A stretch of DNA of 63,873 nucleotides, counting the filler, from Licmophora abbreviata (lineage: Eukaryota): the NCBI GenBank assembly GCA_900291995.1. It is 13 parts of 13 records of this genome, joined end to end, with 100 filler letters (N's around TTAATTAATTAA, not from the genome) between each part and the next. Parts side by side here need not be neighbours in the genome. Positions count along the whole stretch, not along the records: positions 6,410 to 15,116 come from OLMU01003587.1; positions 15,217 to 18,770 come from OLMU01003590.1; positions 18,871 to 20,493 come from OLMU01003591.1; positions 20,594 to 28,160 come from OLMU01003592.1; 9 more parts are not named here. One strand, written 5' to 3'. Both the position numbers and the translations under genes were made by a program. The notes beneath the pieces are model-generated. The model had not been told where the DNA came from and made no database searches. It saw only the letters and a program-made list of their open reading frames with translations. Every line of letters starts with the position of its first letter. Within the stretch, counting starts at the first letter, position 1. Shown in pieces: positions 12,851 to 24,903 of the stretch.

Positions 12851-14791
12851 TCATGGCATCTGTTCGAGTGTCTTTTCGATTTCCACGGCTTCGCGAGTGG
12901 CTACCACCGCTGCCGCTTTGGCTCTTTCGAGCGCTTTATCCAGTTCTGTCCTGCCGTCCTTGGACGGACTTTCGGCTGCCATGTCCAACGCCGCCTGAGC
13001 CAGCTGGAGCGCGTCAGACACGCCGCGTTCTACATCTTCTTGGGGGGTATGAGCGGCGTGATTCTTGGCCTTGCGAGCGGCTGCTGCGTTTGACCTAATC
13101 TTGTGTTTCCCATCGCCATTGACGGCTGCAATCGATTCGAGGGGAGTCCATGAGGATTTCCTTGGAACGGACACTTCGGGCTGGATACCATGCATATCCG
13201 ATTGAATGTCGGACATCTCGGGTTTGATACCAGGCCACTTGGCACCAGTAATCACGATTTCGTCACTGGGCAGTTCCATTTTCTGTCGCTCCGTACGCTT
13301 TCTCGCGTTGGCCACGGCCGAAGAAAACGCATACTTCACTCCTTTGAAAGACAACTTGGCGACACCTTTTCCAGCCCACCAGGCAGCCTTGGCCGTCTCC
13401 TTGGCAACTGCACCCGTGACCTCCCAAGCAATTTCTTCAGCGGTGACGGGTTCCGGGGGTGGTGTCCTGGGTGGATGCGGCTTCAACCGGAACTCTTCCT
13501 GGCCAGCCAACGCCTTGACGTTGTGAACGGCGTCGTCGACCCACTGCTGGGTATCTTCCACCGATGTCTGCACCTTTCCTGGGATTGCCTGTACGTCTTC
13601 TACGAAACGCTGCGTCGCCTCGATGCTATCTCCAACCGACGTTTGCACGGCGGTCACCTTACCGCTGACTTCTCCTGGAATGCCGGCAATAGTCCTTGCC
13701 ATATTCTCGACTGTCGACGGCAGAGCCGCAAACCATTCGACCGTAGCAAGCGCCATCATGCGGGTAGTTTCCGCCGCTTCCAAGACTGTGACTGGGAATT
13801 TCGACAAGGCCTCGCCAAAGGCTTGAGCAGCGTCCGTCATTTGATACATGGATTCCTTCAAGGACTCCAGCATGTTGGACGAGTCTTGCCCCTGAATCTT
13901 CCGTTGCTCCACTTCCCATGACTTGATACGCTGTTCTGAAGACCACTTGGTGACTGGGTTCGATGATGTCAATCCTGGCAAAGCTTCGATCACTTCTTTG
14001 GATGTGGACACGGTCGACTTGGTAACAGGTTTGAAATTCTGCGAGATCTCTTGTTTGGTGTCGGCCGTGGAATCCATGGCCGCCCCGACAACAGATGCGG
14101 CGTTGTATAAACCTTCCTTCATTCCATCAAACAAGTCCCCTGGCGTCAGTTCCTCCTTGGGAGGAGTTTCAGTCGTCGGCAAGGCGCGCACCTTGTATTC
14201 CTTCATGAGACGCCGCCCCGGAGACTCATCGCTTAGGGACGGCACAGAAGCAGACGCCAAAACAAGAGTTTCGAGAGACCCGTATCCCTCCGCGAGAAAG
14301 CCTTGCTCCTTGCGTTTCCCTCGAATACGCGATGGGATCGAGAGCACAGCGTCCGTCGTCCCGTAGACCGCTCGTTTCACGTTATCCCATTTGCTGTGAC
14401 CCGGCTGCGGCTGCTGCGGCATGGCGAGTTTTGCAACACTCTTTTTCGTTGGAGTCGCGCTTTCCTTGTTTGTTCCGAAACGCCACCAGTTGCGGCGTTC
14501 CTTGGAAGAGGACGAAAGTGTCGACTGCGCTTCCAAGTGAAATTTGCGTTGTTTTCCGGAAACTACTCGATTGGAGATGCGTCGCGAAATGCTGCTGGGA
14601 CTTGCTATCGCATCGACCACAGTGGCATGTCGATCCGAAACGCCGTAAAGGAAAGCTCCCAGAAGCAAGCATAGGAGAATCCACGAACGATCGGACTGAT
14701 GCATGGTCTTTCTAAACTTTTTATTTTCATTCATTGTTGTATCAAGAGAGCCTGGAATCAAGCGAAACGACGGCCCCAATTCCTCTACCAT
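12851..14791 (-). CDS. Hypothetical protein with N-terminal hydrophobic segment and amphipathic helical regions
   Basis: 646-aa ORF with plausible composition; WILLCLLLGAFLYGVS segment; no family recognised. Confidence 0.6.
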   Translation of the reverse strand: MVEELGPSFRLIPGSLDTTMNENKKFRKTMHQSDRSWILLCLLLGAFLYGVSDRHATVVDAIASPSSISRRISNRVVSGKQRKFHLEAQSTLSSSSKERRNWWRFGTNKESATPTKKSVAKLAMPQQPQPGHSKWDNVKRAVYGTTDAVLSIPSRIRGKRKEQGFLAEGYGSLETLVLASASVPSLSDESPGRRLMKEYKVRALPTTETPPKEELTPGDLFDGMKEGLYNAASVVGAAMDSTADTKQEISQNFKPVTKSTVSTSKEVIEALPGLTSSNPVTKWSSEQRIKSWEVEQRKIQGQDSSNMLESLKESMYQMTDAAQAFGEALSKFPVTVLEAAETTRMMALATVEWFAALPSTVENMARTIAGIPGEVSGKVTAVQTSVGDSIEATQRFVEDVQAIPGKVQTSVEDTQQWVDDAVHNVKALAGQEEFRLKPHPPRTPPPEPVTAEEIAWEVTGAVAKETAKAAWWAGKGVAKLSFKGVKYAFSSAVANARKRTERQKMELPSDEIVITGAKWPGIKPEMSDIQSDMHGIQPEVSVPRKSSWTPLESIAAVNGDGKHKIRSNAAAARKAKNHAAHTPQEDVERGVSDALQLAQAALDMAAESPSKDGRTELDKALERAKAAAVVATREAVEIEKTLEQMP

Positions 14792-15216
14792 GGTCGACCG
14801 CTGTGGGTTGTGAAATCAGAAATCAAAGAACAGAACTTCTTGTCGAGATCGCTCGTCACTATCCGGGTTCCCTCTTCTCAGTATGGGGTTCGGATCTCAA
14901 GAACACAGAATCAAGATCGATATGGAATCTTTCAAGACAGGATGTCTGCTTTGTGGAGATTTCGAGATTTCAGCGTGAGCTGACAGCCTCTCATCTCATT
15001 GGGTTCGGTCGCCGTACAGACAGAGAGCTGCGAGACCCGGAGATCCTTCCCCGACGTCGCCGCCGCGCCTCCGATCGAAATTCTCATCTTGCTTTTTCAC
15101 AATCTCGAAATCGCAANNNNNNNNNNNNNNNNNNNNNNNNNNNNNNNNNNNNNNNNNNNNTTAATTAATTAANNNNNNNNNNNNNNNNNNNNNNNNNNNN
15201 NNNNNNNNNNNNNNNN

Positions 15217-17636
15217 CGCCAACAACGACAACAGGATCCAACTACGAAATCGGGTTGGAGGCAAGACGCTCACACGGTCAAGACCCATCCTTACCCGCGC
15301 AACAATAATAACAACAACTACAACAGAAATAATAGAAGGAACGGCATGAACCGCGGAGGCCAAAGCGGTGGCAAAAGCAGCTTTATGGAGACCAAACATG
15401 ATTTTGAAACGAGACGGCGCAAGGAAAAAGCCACCAAAAGCACAGTTGCGACGGAAACAAATGAGCGAATGATTGAATTGCCGTCGCAGGATGTTTCCGT
15501 ATTGGACCTCTCGGCGCTCTTTCGTGTCAAGAAGCAAGAAGTGATGAGCAGTTTGAACAGTTTGGGTTTGAGGCCAAACGATAAACATGAAATGGTGGAT
15601 GTGGACACAATGGAACTGGTGGCTTTGGACCTGGGGCTGGAAGTCATCAGGTCGACTCGCCGGCATGGCGAAGACAATCATCCGCAACGCCGAGTCATGG
15701 GTGAAGAGGATCCTGTCTACGAGTCGTTCCCACAGCGACCTCCGGTCGTATGCCTGATGGGTCATGTTGACCATGGAAAGACTACCCTACTTGACTCACT
15801 GCGTTCCCGATCGCCGGCGACTGCGGCAACCAAAGGCAAGAAGAAGGCAAAGAAAAAGAACAAGGGATCCTCAAAAAAGGCTTCCTCTGGCGATACTGGC
15901 AATGTGGCGGGAACAGAAGCCGGTGGAATTACGCAAGTGATTAGTGCATTCCAGGTTGCGCTGGAGAACCAAGACAGCTCCGTGACGTTCCTTGATACGC
16001 CTGGCCATGCCGCTTTTCGTTCCATGCGTCAATCTGGATCGAATGCAGCCGATGTCATTGTACTCGTGATCGCAGCCGATGACGGTGTCTCGCCACAGAC
16101 GATTGAGATTCTGGACTTTTACAAGTCGATTGTCAAAGAGAGTGGAGGGATCTCGCTTGTTGTTGCCATGACGAAGATTGACAAACCCGGAATTAACATT
16201 GACGAATCGCGTACTCGAATCGAAAACCAACTTCTGGAACATGGCATCATGACGGAAAGCTTCGGCTCGGACGAAACCGAGTATGGATCTCCGGTTCAGC
16301 TCGTACCTGTATCGGGACTGACGGGAGAAGGCGTCGATGATCTGATCGAGGGACTGGCGCTGCAGAGTGAAATCATGGACTTGCGTGCGGATGTCAGCGC
16401 GAGAGCGGAAGGCATCGTCATGGACGCAAGGATGGATAAGGGACTCGGTGTGGTTGCCGACTGCATCATCCGATGGGGTTCTATGGAACGCGGAGATGTT
16501 GTCGTCAGTGGTGTGCACGCTGGAAAAATTAAGACGTTGAAAGATGGTGAGTTGGAGCTACTTTTCCGAGGCTCTTTTGACAGGACCATGTATCGCTAGA
16601 TCTACACCTCTCACACAACTATTGTTGTATCGTTTCAGCCACTGGTGCTGTGTTAAAGCAAGGCATGCCATCCCAACCTGTACGGATAATAGGATTCAGA
16701 TCGCTTCCAAAGGCTGGAGATTCGATCGTTTGCGTCGCATCGGAAGAAATGGCTGACCGGCTTGTCGAACGGCGCGAAGCGGCACTTCTCGGCAACGCAG
16801 CAAATGAGTATCGACCGGACAATATGGAGGATCCCGACTTGCACGTTTCCGGCAACGAATCCAAGCGTGACTACATGATGCACAACCTCTTAAGTAAATA
16901 CGGAATGGAAAACGACGCCGAAGAGAAAAGTGGTAGCTCGCAACAGATTCGTATCCCGGTCGTCATCAAGGCTGACGCTGACGGAACACTCGAAGCCTTG
17001 AGAGAGTCTCTGCTTGGCCTGGTCGCCAAGTCGACGCTAGACGTCGTCGTTGACCCCGTAAGTATAGGCATCGGTCCAGTGTCGACCAACGATGTAATGA
17101 TGGCCAGCGAAAGTGGTGCGAAGATATTTTCCTTCAACGTGAAGCAGAACGACCAAGCGGCCTTGTCGTTGGCCGATACCAACAATGTGACCATTTGTTC
17201 GCACAATGTCATTTACTCTTTGCTAGACAAGGCCAAGGAACTATTTGCGGAGCATCTCCCACCATCCCGTGTGGAACATGTGCACGGAAAGGCAACGGTC
17301 CAGGCTGTCTTTGACATAAACAACAATCGCGATGCCGAGCGAATTGCCGGTCTACGTGTCCTGGAGGGATCTTTGTTCAAGTCCACTGCCAAAAAGCCCA
17401 GCAACAAGGCGGGCGAAGCGTCACTGCCGTGTCACTATCGCGTCCTGCGCAACGGCACCCAAATCTCTCCCGATGGAGAAAAGCTACGAGCGTCGAGTCT
17501 ACGCAGGGTTAAGGACGACGTGGATGATGTCCGTCGGGGAGACGAATGCGGGTTGGGTCTGGAAGGCTTTGGTGACTTTGAAGAAGGCGACACGATCGAG
17601 TGCTATTCGGTCGAGTTTAAGCGATCCTTTGTGTAG
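15217..17636 (+). CDS. infB: Organellar translation initiation factor IF-2, 5' end in gap
   Basis: RPPVVCLMGHVDHGKTTLLD, EAGGITQ, FLDTPGHAAF, KADADGTLEAL, GDECGLGL; intron about 16547-16639. Confidence 0.93.
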
Positions 17637-17730
17637 AGTAGAACAATCCAAGCATAGCACAGAACAAGTAGTGTGACACAATGTTAACTCATCGTCGTCG
17701 TGTTCTAATAACGATAATGTATATTGGACG

Positions 17731-19207
17731 TTAGTCGGTGACTGTCAAGATCTCAACGCCCGTGTCCGTAATGAGTACAGTGTGTTCAAACTGAGCTGAA
17801 AGACCACCGTCGAGTGTGACGACGGTCCATTCGTCGTCCCACTCGCGACAGTCCCAGCTTCCTTCCGTAAGCATCGGTTCGATGGTAAAGATCATCCCGG
17901 GGACGAGTCGAACTTGATCGTTGTTGCGAAAATGCTACGCACAAGTCAATGTAGAATTCATGATGGTGAGAGGCAAGAGTTCCAAGCCCGACACTAAAAT
18001 ACCCGTACGCATCAACGTCACACAGGCATGCGTCCTTACCTTGACAAAGGGTGGACAGTGGAATTCGTGCGAGATGCCATGTCCTCGATACTTTTGCACA
18101 GTTTCGTATCCATACGCATCCGCCACAGCATGAATCGCATTTCCTACATTGGAGAGACAACCATTGGGCGTACACGCAGCGATTCCCGCATACAAGGATT
18201 CTCGAGTCGCATGCACCAATCTCCGTGCCGCAAGAATACGTTTTTCCTGCTCTTGAGAGTCAAAGTCCATTCTATACGGCACTCCCCTCCAGTCACACCC
18301 AGCTTCCCCCTCCGTATCTTGGAAGTCTCCCACAACAACAGTCGCACAATTGTCTCCGTGTACACCGTTCAAGTAGCAACTCACATCCAGCGACACTACA
18401 TCTCCAAACTGCAGTGGGCGACTGTCCGGAATTTCATGACAAATAACTTCATTGACAGACGTACAGAGTGATTTTGGAAAGCCCGAGTAGTTCAATGGCG
18501 ACGGATACGCATGGTGCTGTATGATTTCCTCGTGCACACGCGCATCAATCTCGTCCGTCGTGACGCCCTCCTGCACCAGCCCGCAGGCGTAGTTCAACAT
18601 GCGCCGTGCGAGTCTCGCCGCCTTGGTCATGCGTTCCACGTTGGCGGGATTGTGCAAGAGTATGTTGTCGGAAAACATCAAGGTGGCGTTGTTCTGGACG
18701 ACACGGCCTGTGTACGCATAGTTGGGTTTGGAAATGAAATCAGGGACCGTGCGGCGGGGACTTATGTCGTNNNNNNNNNNNNNNNNNNNNNNNNNNNNNN
18801 NNNNNNNNNNNNNNTTAATTAATTAANNNNNNNNNNNNNNNNNNNNNNNNNNNNNNNNNNNNNNNNNNNNAGGGACCGTGCGGGCGGGGACTTATGTCGT
18901 GGAGGGGCATGGGAGAGAGGCGGTGGGGGTAGTCGGGATCGTGGGGTTTTGGTGGGACGGGTGACGAGGGAGACAGTGAGAAATGGTGGCCTTGATCCTC
19001 ATCATGGCGGTGCTGGTGTACTTCGTCTGCTTCCATCCTGAAAAGAGGAGAAGCACTACTGCCGCTGCTGCTGGTGGCCAGAGAACGGCGAACTGACGAC
19101 GTAGCGAGCGCTGTTGCTGGTGACGACAGCTTTCTCAGTGACGATGCCAGTCTTGAAGACGCAACAGTAGACATTCGTCCTGTGAATCTCCTGCTGTATT
19201 GCATCAT
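17731..19207 (-). CDS. Methionine aminopeptidase 1D-like (organellar MetAP1), spans a gap
   Basis: [56 protein letters not shown]; Arg/Ser-rich transit-like N-terminus; intron about 17937-18039. Confidence 0.92.
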
Positions 19208-19694
19208 TATGGCACAATCAAAAGTGAAACGAACGAACGAACGAACCGACGGAGGTACCACTATCAGCTTCAGCGACCAGAGTATAGTCGCGACATGATT
19301 TTGTGTGAGAGGATTTTGCGCGGTAGGAAGTACAAGGGGCGGACGCGGACGGACGGCGGTATTTGCTTGGCAACCGAAGTCAAAAAGAGAGCAGACGGCC
19401 AAGGTATCTCTCTCAACCACGCCATGCATGCATTATTATAAATATAAGTTGGAATAGTTCAACAGAGCATCAAGCAACGCACCGCGTAAGCTGAAGTACC
19501 CATCATGAAACCAAGAGCGAGACGACGAGTAATGGAAACGAACCTAGACTAACTTAGAAGTTAGTACTACGTATGACTCAAGCTCCTCCGTTGATGAAGG
19601 CAAATAACAAGGATCTACCCAACGGGAGCGAGTTCTTCATCGACAAATAAAACACGCTCACCCATGCATGTATTGGCCTCCCTGGCTAGAGGCC

Positions 19695-20876
19695 CTAGTA
19701 GACATCAATCGAGACACCCTCTTTCATGATGAGTTCCTCGACGATATCAGTGGCGTCGTGATTGTCGCTGATAAAAACAAGCGTGTAACGAAGTCCAGAG
19801 AAGGACGCCATGCCATGCACAATGCTGTGTCCATGAACAAGGCAGGTCCCTGTCTTGCCCACGACTTCCTCGACTCCGTTGGGGCCGAGGAACGAGAAGT
19901 TGCCGTCCTCGACGTCGTTGAGGAACACATGCGTGACCACGCTCTCCTCGCCGTCGACATGCCACGACATGTGCATTTCATTGTCGTAGCTGATGCGACG
20001 AGCAACGACGCGCGAGACGGGGGAGTCTGCATCGTACTCCTTGATGAACTTGTAGATGGAAAGGATATTCTCCATACCAATCAGATTTTTGAGGGTCTCG
20101 GCTTCAAGAGGGATCACGATATCCTTGTTGATTTCAACACCCTGGTCAATCGTGTCTCCCTTGACGACACGCTCTTCGAGAGTAGAGTCCATGTAATCCA
20201 TGACGGTGTCAATCACGTCGGGCTGAACAAAAATATTCTCCTTGACAGCGTACGTTGCGCCAAGATTTCCTTGAAGGCCTGCGGCAATTTCGGCCGTGCG
20301 ACGGCTGCGAAGGGACTCGTCTGAGGCGTGGTTGGAGTAATCCATCGTCCCTTCTTCAAATAGGTAGCGAACCTTGCAGACGGAACATGACTGACTCCTG
20401 CAGCTATAGCCCTTGCCCTTGTAGTACGGAACTTTCCAAGTACAGACAATGTCACAGCTCTCATTTATCATCTCGTACTTATTGAACTTATACNNNNNNN
20501 NNNNNNNNNNNNNNNNNNNNNNNNNNNNNNNNNNNNNTTAATTAATTAANNNNNNNNNNNNNNNNNNNNNNNNNNNNNNNNNNNNNNNNNNNNTTATCAT
20601 CTCGTACTTATTGAACTTATACCAGGATTTGCCGCACTTGTCCTCACCGGGACACCTGAATCCTCTGAGCTCACGGTGGCCCTGATGAGACGAAGATGAT
20701 CCGCAGCAGCGCGAAGCGTGAGAACACCATCGGAGCAATCCTTGATCATTGCGTATCTTCTTTTAAAAATTTAGCAGAGCACAGCCACAAAGATCCTAAA
20801 AAACACTTACATCCTCCTGTTCCTGCGCCGAAACCACGGCAACGAGGCCAATGAGAGCACTGATAAACTTCATCAT
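19695..20876 (-). CDS. Secreted protein: signal peptide, Cys-rich region, C-terminal 2OG-Fe(II) oxygenase-like domain
   Basis: MMKFISALIGLVAVVSA signal; short intron about 20760-20810; W-H-V-D...LND...VHG...G-L-R-Y-T-L-V matches the HxD/H/R dioxygenase pattern; gap flanks overlap so the frame continues. Confidence 0.7.
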
Positions 20877-21629
20877 CTGCGGCAAGCAGAGGGGTGCACA
20901 AGCGTGAGCGCAATCTTCATTCGCATAGAGTTTAGAAGTAGAGTTCTCATGTCGTATCCATTTCCGGCAGTGCCGTATCTTTTGACTCAAAGACAAGTAT
21001 TTCCTCCAAGAAAGCCGCTGAAAGCACACGATTCGAACTTCATCGCACTTCATCGCGTCCCTTACCTTTGTTCTTTCTTTCCGGCGAGTCGGGACGGTAA
21101 TCTTCAAGAGCTAGATCTATGAAAGTCCTGAGCCTAAGTCAAAGTTGTGAGAAGAGAATAGTGGAACAGATCCAAAAAAAGTTTGAAGAAACATACTAAT
21201 TCCTACGTAGCAGGAGACGTGGATCTGCGATCAAAGAACATGATTTTTGATCTACCGTGTTTCAAAAAACCAATTTCAATGAGATGTGAGATCAGTATGT
21301 CAACATCAGTCATTATTATTATATATATATTCATTTTTTTACAAACGTGAACCCGCGAAGAACAGTTTTGATGATACAACGCGCGTGCCAGTCTTTGAAA
21401 CACATGTTGGAATATTTAAGTCGATGGAGTCGTCGAAATTTCAACAATCGAGATCCGCCCGTCGACCGTCTCCAAGGAAGCGGAGCGAAAAGCGAAGACG
21501 CGCTTTGCGACGCGATCATTGATTGTGCTTGCATTGCTCCCTGCAGACGCTGTTTGGGCTGTCTCTTGCTCCTTTTGATGCCATCGTTGCACTCCGTTTG
21601 ATCAGTATCCTGTAGAGAAACGATTCAAG

Positions 21630-22543
21630 ATGAGCCGCGATTCGTACGTGTAAAGAAAAGCAGGGAAGCGCGTGACTACGGTGCCGAAAGTATGCGGTAG
21701 CTACCAAGTTAGCCGGCACTTGTACTCCAAAGATATCCGTCTTCTTCCTTGGGTATCCATCCTGCTGCCTGTCGCTCCTTGTTCTCACTTTAGGCCTTTC
21801 TCTTTCTTTCTCTATTCAGAAACTACGATCACCACATTTCCATTTTCTCTCCTCAGGGCCGCCTGTACCAGATGGAGTACTGCTTAAAGGCGGCCAATTC
21901 CGGACTCACCGGCGTGGCCGTCCGCGGCAAGGACAGCGTCTGCGTCGTCACCCAAAAGAAAATCCCCGATCGTTTAATGCTTCCCGAAAGTGTCACCCAC
22001 TTGTTTCCTTTGACACGCCGCGTGGGCTGCTGCGTCACGGGCACCATGGCCGACTGCAAGGCGCTGGTGCAGCGGGCGCGCTACGAAAGTTCGCAGTGGA
22101 CCTTTGACCATGGCTACGCGGCGCCGGCGTCGGTCGTTGCGAAGCGTATGGCAGATTTGGCGCAAGTCAATACGCAGAGTGCGAGTATGCGTCCGCTGGC
22201 TGTCATGGCGCTGATTGTGGCTGTGGATGATGTCGAGGGACCGCAGATTTACAAGGTAGATTGTGCTGGACACTATCTTCCCTTCTTTGCGGCTGCGGCG
22301 GGGCCGAAAGAACAAGAGGCCATGAACTTTTTGGAAAAGAAAGTGGATGATATGAAGGGCTATACGTGTGACCAGACGATTCGTACGGCAATCACCTGCT
22401 TGGGCAGCGTGCTGGGCTCTGACTTTCGGGGAAGTGAAATTGAAGTGGCATGCGTGGAGGGTCCCAAGGGAGAGTTCCAAGCCTTGACGGAAGGACAGAT
22501 TGAAGGTCACTTGAATGCCATTGCAGATGATGCGGATGCGTAA
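21630..22543 (+). CDS. PSMA6: Proteasome subunit alpha type-6 (alpha1)
   Basis: MSRDS-NYDHHISIFSPQGRLYQMEY after an intron at about 21644-21819; AVRGKDSVCVVTQKKIPDRL, GPKEQEAMNFLEKK. Confidence 0.94.
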
Positions 22544-22647
22544 GTGGGATAAATGCCGTAGTACTGTAGACGGAAGATGATAAAAAGAAACGGACGACCG
22601 CAATGGTATACATTTTGTGTGTCGGTGTCGTTTGTAGTACAAACTAC

Positions 22648-23442
22648 TTATTGGGTTGTTGGTACAGCCGGTAGAGCCGAGGTAAAGGCCGCACTCGTCT
22701 TGGATATCGTGTAACCCCACTGCTCGACAACGTTCTTGCCCGTCACGGCTTCCGATACAATCTGCACCGCAAACGCCAGCATTGCAAGACGACCATTCTC
22801 CAGTTCGCTCTCCAAGGATCTAGTAGTATGAAGAGCGAGAGAGTGGACAAGATGAAGCATAGTGAGTACGGAAGATGCCCTCGCGGTTCCTGGACATACA
22901 CAAATTTAACGGTACCTTTCGTTCTCTCCCTTGTCTCGTATTCCAAAGTAGCCTGTACCATAGTCGCCAGGCATGTCGGTCACCTTGCGCTGCACAAAGA
23001 CGAAGGCTTCTAGAAAGGCGCATGTTACTAGGATTCGAACATATTCGAGTACTGATGTAGCTTCGAGAGCTTCCAGTGCTGTCTTGGCTATGGACGACGA
23101 GGGGATTTTCGGAAGAAAGCTTATTCGTTCCTGTAATACCTGTGCGTAGAGGTGAGGGGCCACCATGCCGATCGTTGCGAGCATGCATATTCGGCCGTGC
23201 TTGAGTTCACATTCGCGATATGTGGCAAAGTTATCGTCGGTGGCGAGATTCAAGGGATCAAAGTAGTAGTAGGAGTCGTCTCCGGAGCTTCCGCCGAGTA
23301 TGCGAGACAAGGTAGGACTGCATCCCAGTTCTTCTTGTAAGGGAGGGACACGGCGAAACATGTTGGCCAGTGCGGCACAACTGCGAGGGAGCGGAGTCAG
23401 ACACATTAGGATCAAAATTACGGTATTCCGGGGGATTAACAT
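22648..23442 (-). CDS. Light-harvesting complex (FCP/LHC superfamily) protein, divergent
   Basis: YFDPLNLA, YRECELKHGRICMLA, ELENGRLAMLAF; one intron near 22820-22910. Confidence 0.9.
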
Positions 23443-23755
23443 TCTAGAATCGATCGATGTAAGTATAGAAGGGTTCAAGGCGTACTAGGAGCTCGGTGAG
23501 AGCGTCCAAGGGATAGTGACATGACAGCAACGCGGACGATGCTTCGCCATGGTCGTATGATGAGTTTTTTGATGTCATCGAATGAATCGAATCGATCGAC
23601 CGGCGCGCGAGATGTTTGGCGGAACGCGCGCGACTGTAATAGGACCCGTTGGACTCAAATACGGCGTACAGACGCGCGGTCCGCATCCTTTTTCCCGTTC
23701 CTACTTACTCGAGTAGGTGTGATGGTCGCACAGTGTGTGTTCAGTAGACTTTACC

Positions 23756-24867
23756 ATGTCGTCGTCGTCGCGAAAGGAAGCTGCGTTGTTGGCAACGGCC
23801 GTTGCCGCATCACTTGCCGCTATAGATTTGGCAGTACGATCCTATAATGAAGCGTCACGGCGGCGTCGAGACGATGAACGCAAGGTCGAGATTCCCCCGG
23901 CTCTGCTCGATTCACCCTACAGTGCTGAACTGCAAATGGCCGTGCGGGTGGCGCTGGAAGCAGGAAAGAACATGAAACCTCATTGCGATAACAAGGGGAC
24001 GGAACTAGAGCTGAAGGAGCATGAACTAGGCATCGAAACGAAAGGTAGACCTGAGGACTTTTGTACGGCGGTCGACTTGGAAAATGAGGCGCTCGTCACG
24101 AGAGAGATCCAGAGGCTTTTCCCCACCTACGAAATCATCGGAGAAGAAACTACTGGAACCGGACCCATTCCGCCTCTCACTGACCGCCCCACGTTCATTG
24201 TAGACCCAATCGACGGCACGACCAATTTCGCCTCCGGAATGCCGCTTACATGTGTCAGTATTGGCTTTTGTGTCGAGAGGATTCCTGTAATGGGAGTCGT
24301 CTATGCTCCCATGACGAATGAGATGTACCTGGCCGTCAAAGGCCACGGGGCGTATCGCAACGGAGCAAAGCTTTTGTCGGAGACGACGCAAAAGAAGGTC
24401 CTTCGTGATGCAATCGTCAACGTGGAGTTCGGGTACGCTCGCTCTCATGAGGCCGTGGCAACCATGCTGCAGGGCCTGAAGAATGTCATGAACCATGGCT
24501 GTAGGACGACGCGATGCCTGGGAAGTGGGGTACTTGATCTGTGCTATGTCGCGACTGGACGGTTAGATGTGGTATATGCCGGTGTGGCTGGTGAAGGTTC
24601 GTATCTGGATGTGTGCTCGCTTGTTGCTGTCATAGCCTGACTTATCATACGCAACTAACCGCGCGCATGTTCTCTTTCCTCTCGTAAGGCTGGAAGCCGT
24701 GGGACTACTGTGCTGGAGTGGTTGTGGTAAAAGAGACTGGATGTGCTATCGAGGCGTTAATGGGTGCTGATGGGAAGGAATTCGATCTCTACTCCAAGTC
24801 CATTGTTTGCGCGACGCATAACGACTTGCTTCAGGAGTGCCGGAACGTCGTTCGAAAGGGACTCTAA
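23756..24867 (+). CDS. Inositol monophosphatase
   Basis: IIGEE, FIVDPIDGTTNF, GSGVLDLCYVATGRLD; after an intron (about 24597-24688) GWKPWDYCAG. Confidence 0.93.
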
Positions 24868-24903
24868 AATCGCATTTACTACTAGCTTGCACCTTTTAAA
24901 ACA

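Noticed and set aside
19430..21420. Transposable element as the explanation for the AT-rich island
   Set aside because: No transposase, terminal inverted repeats, LTRs or target-site duplication could be identified by eye.
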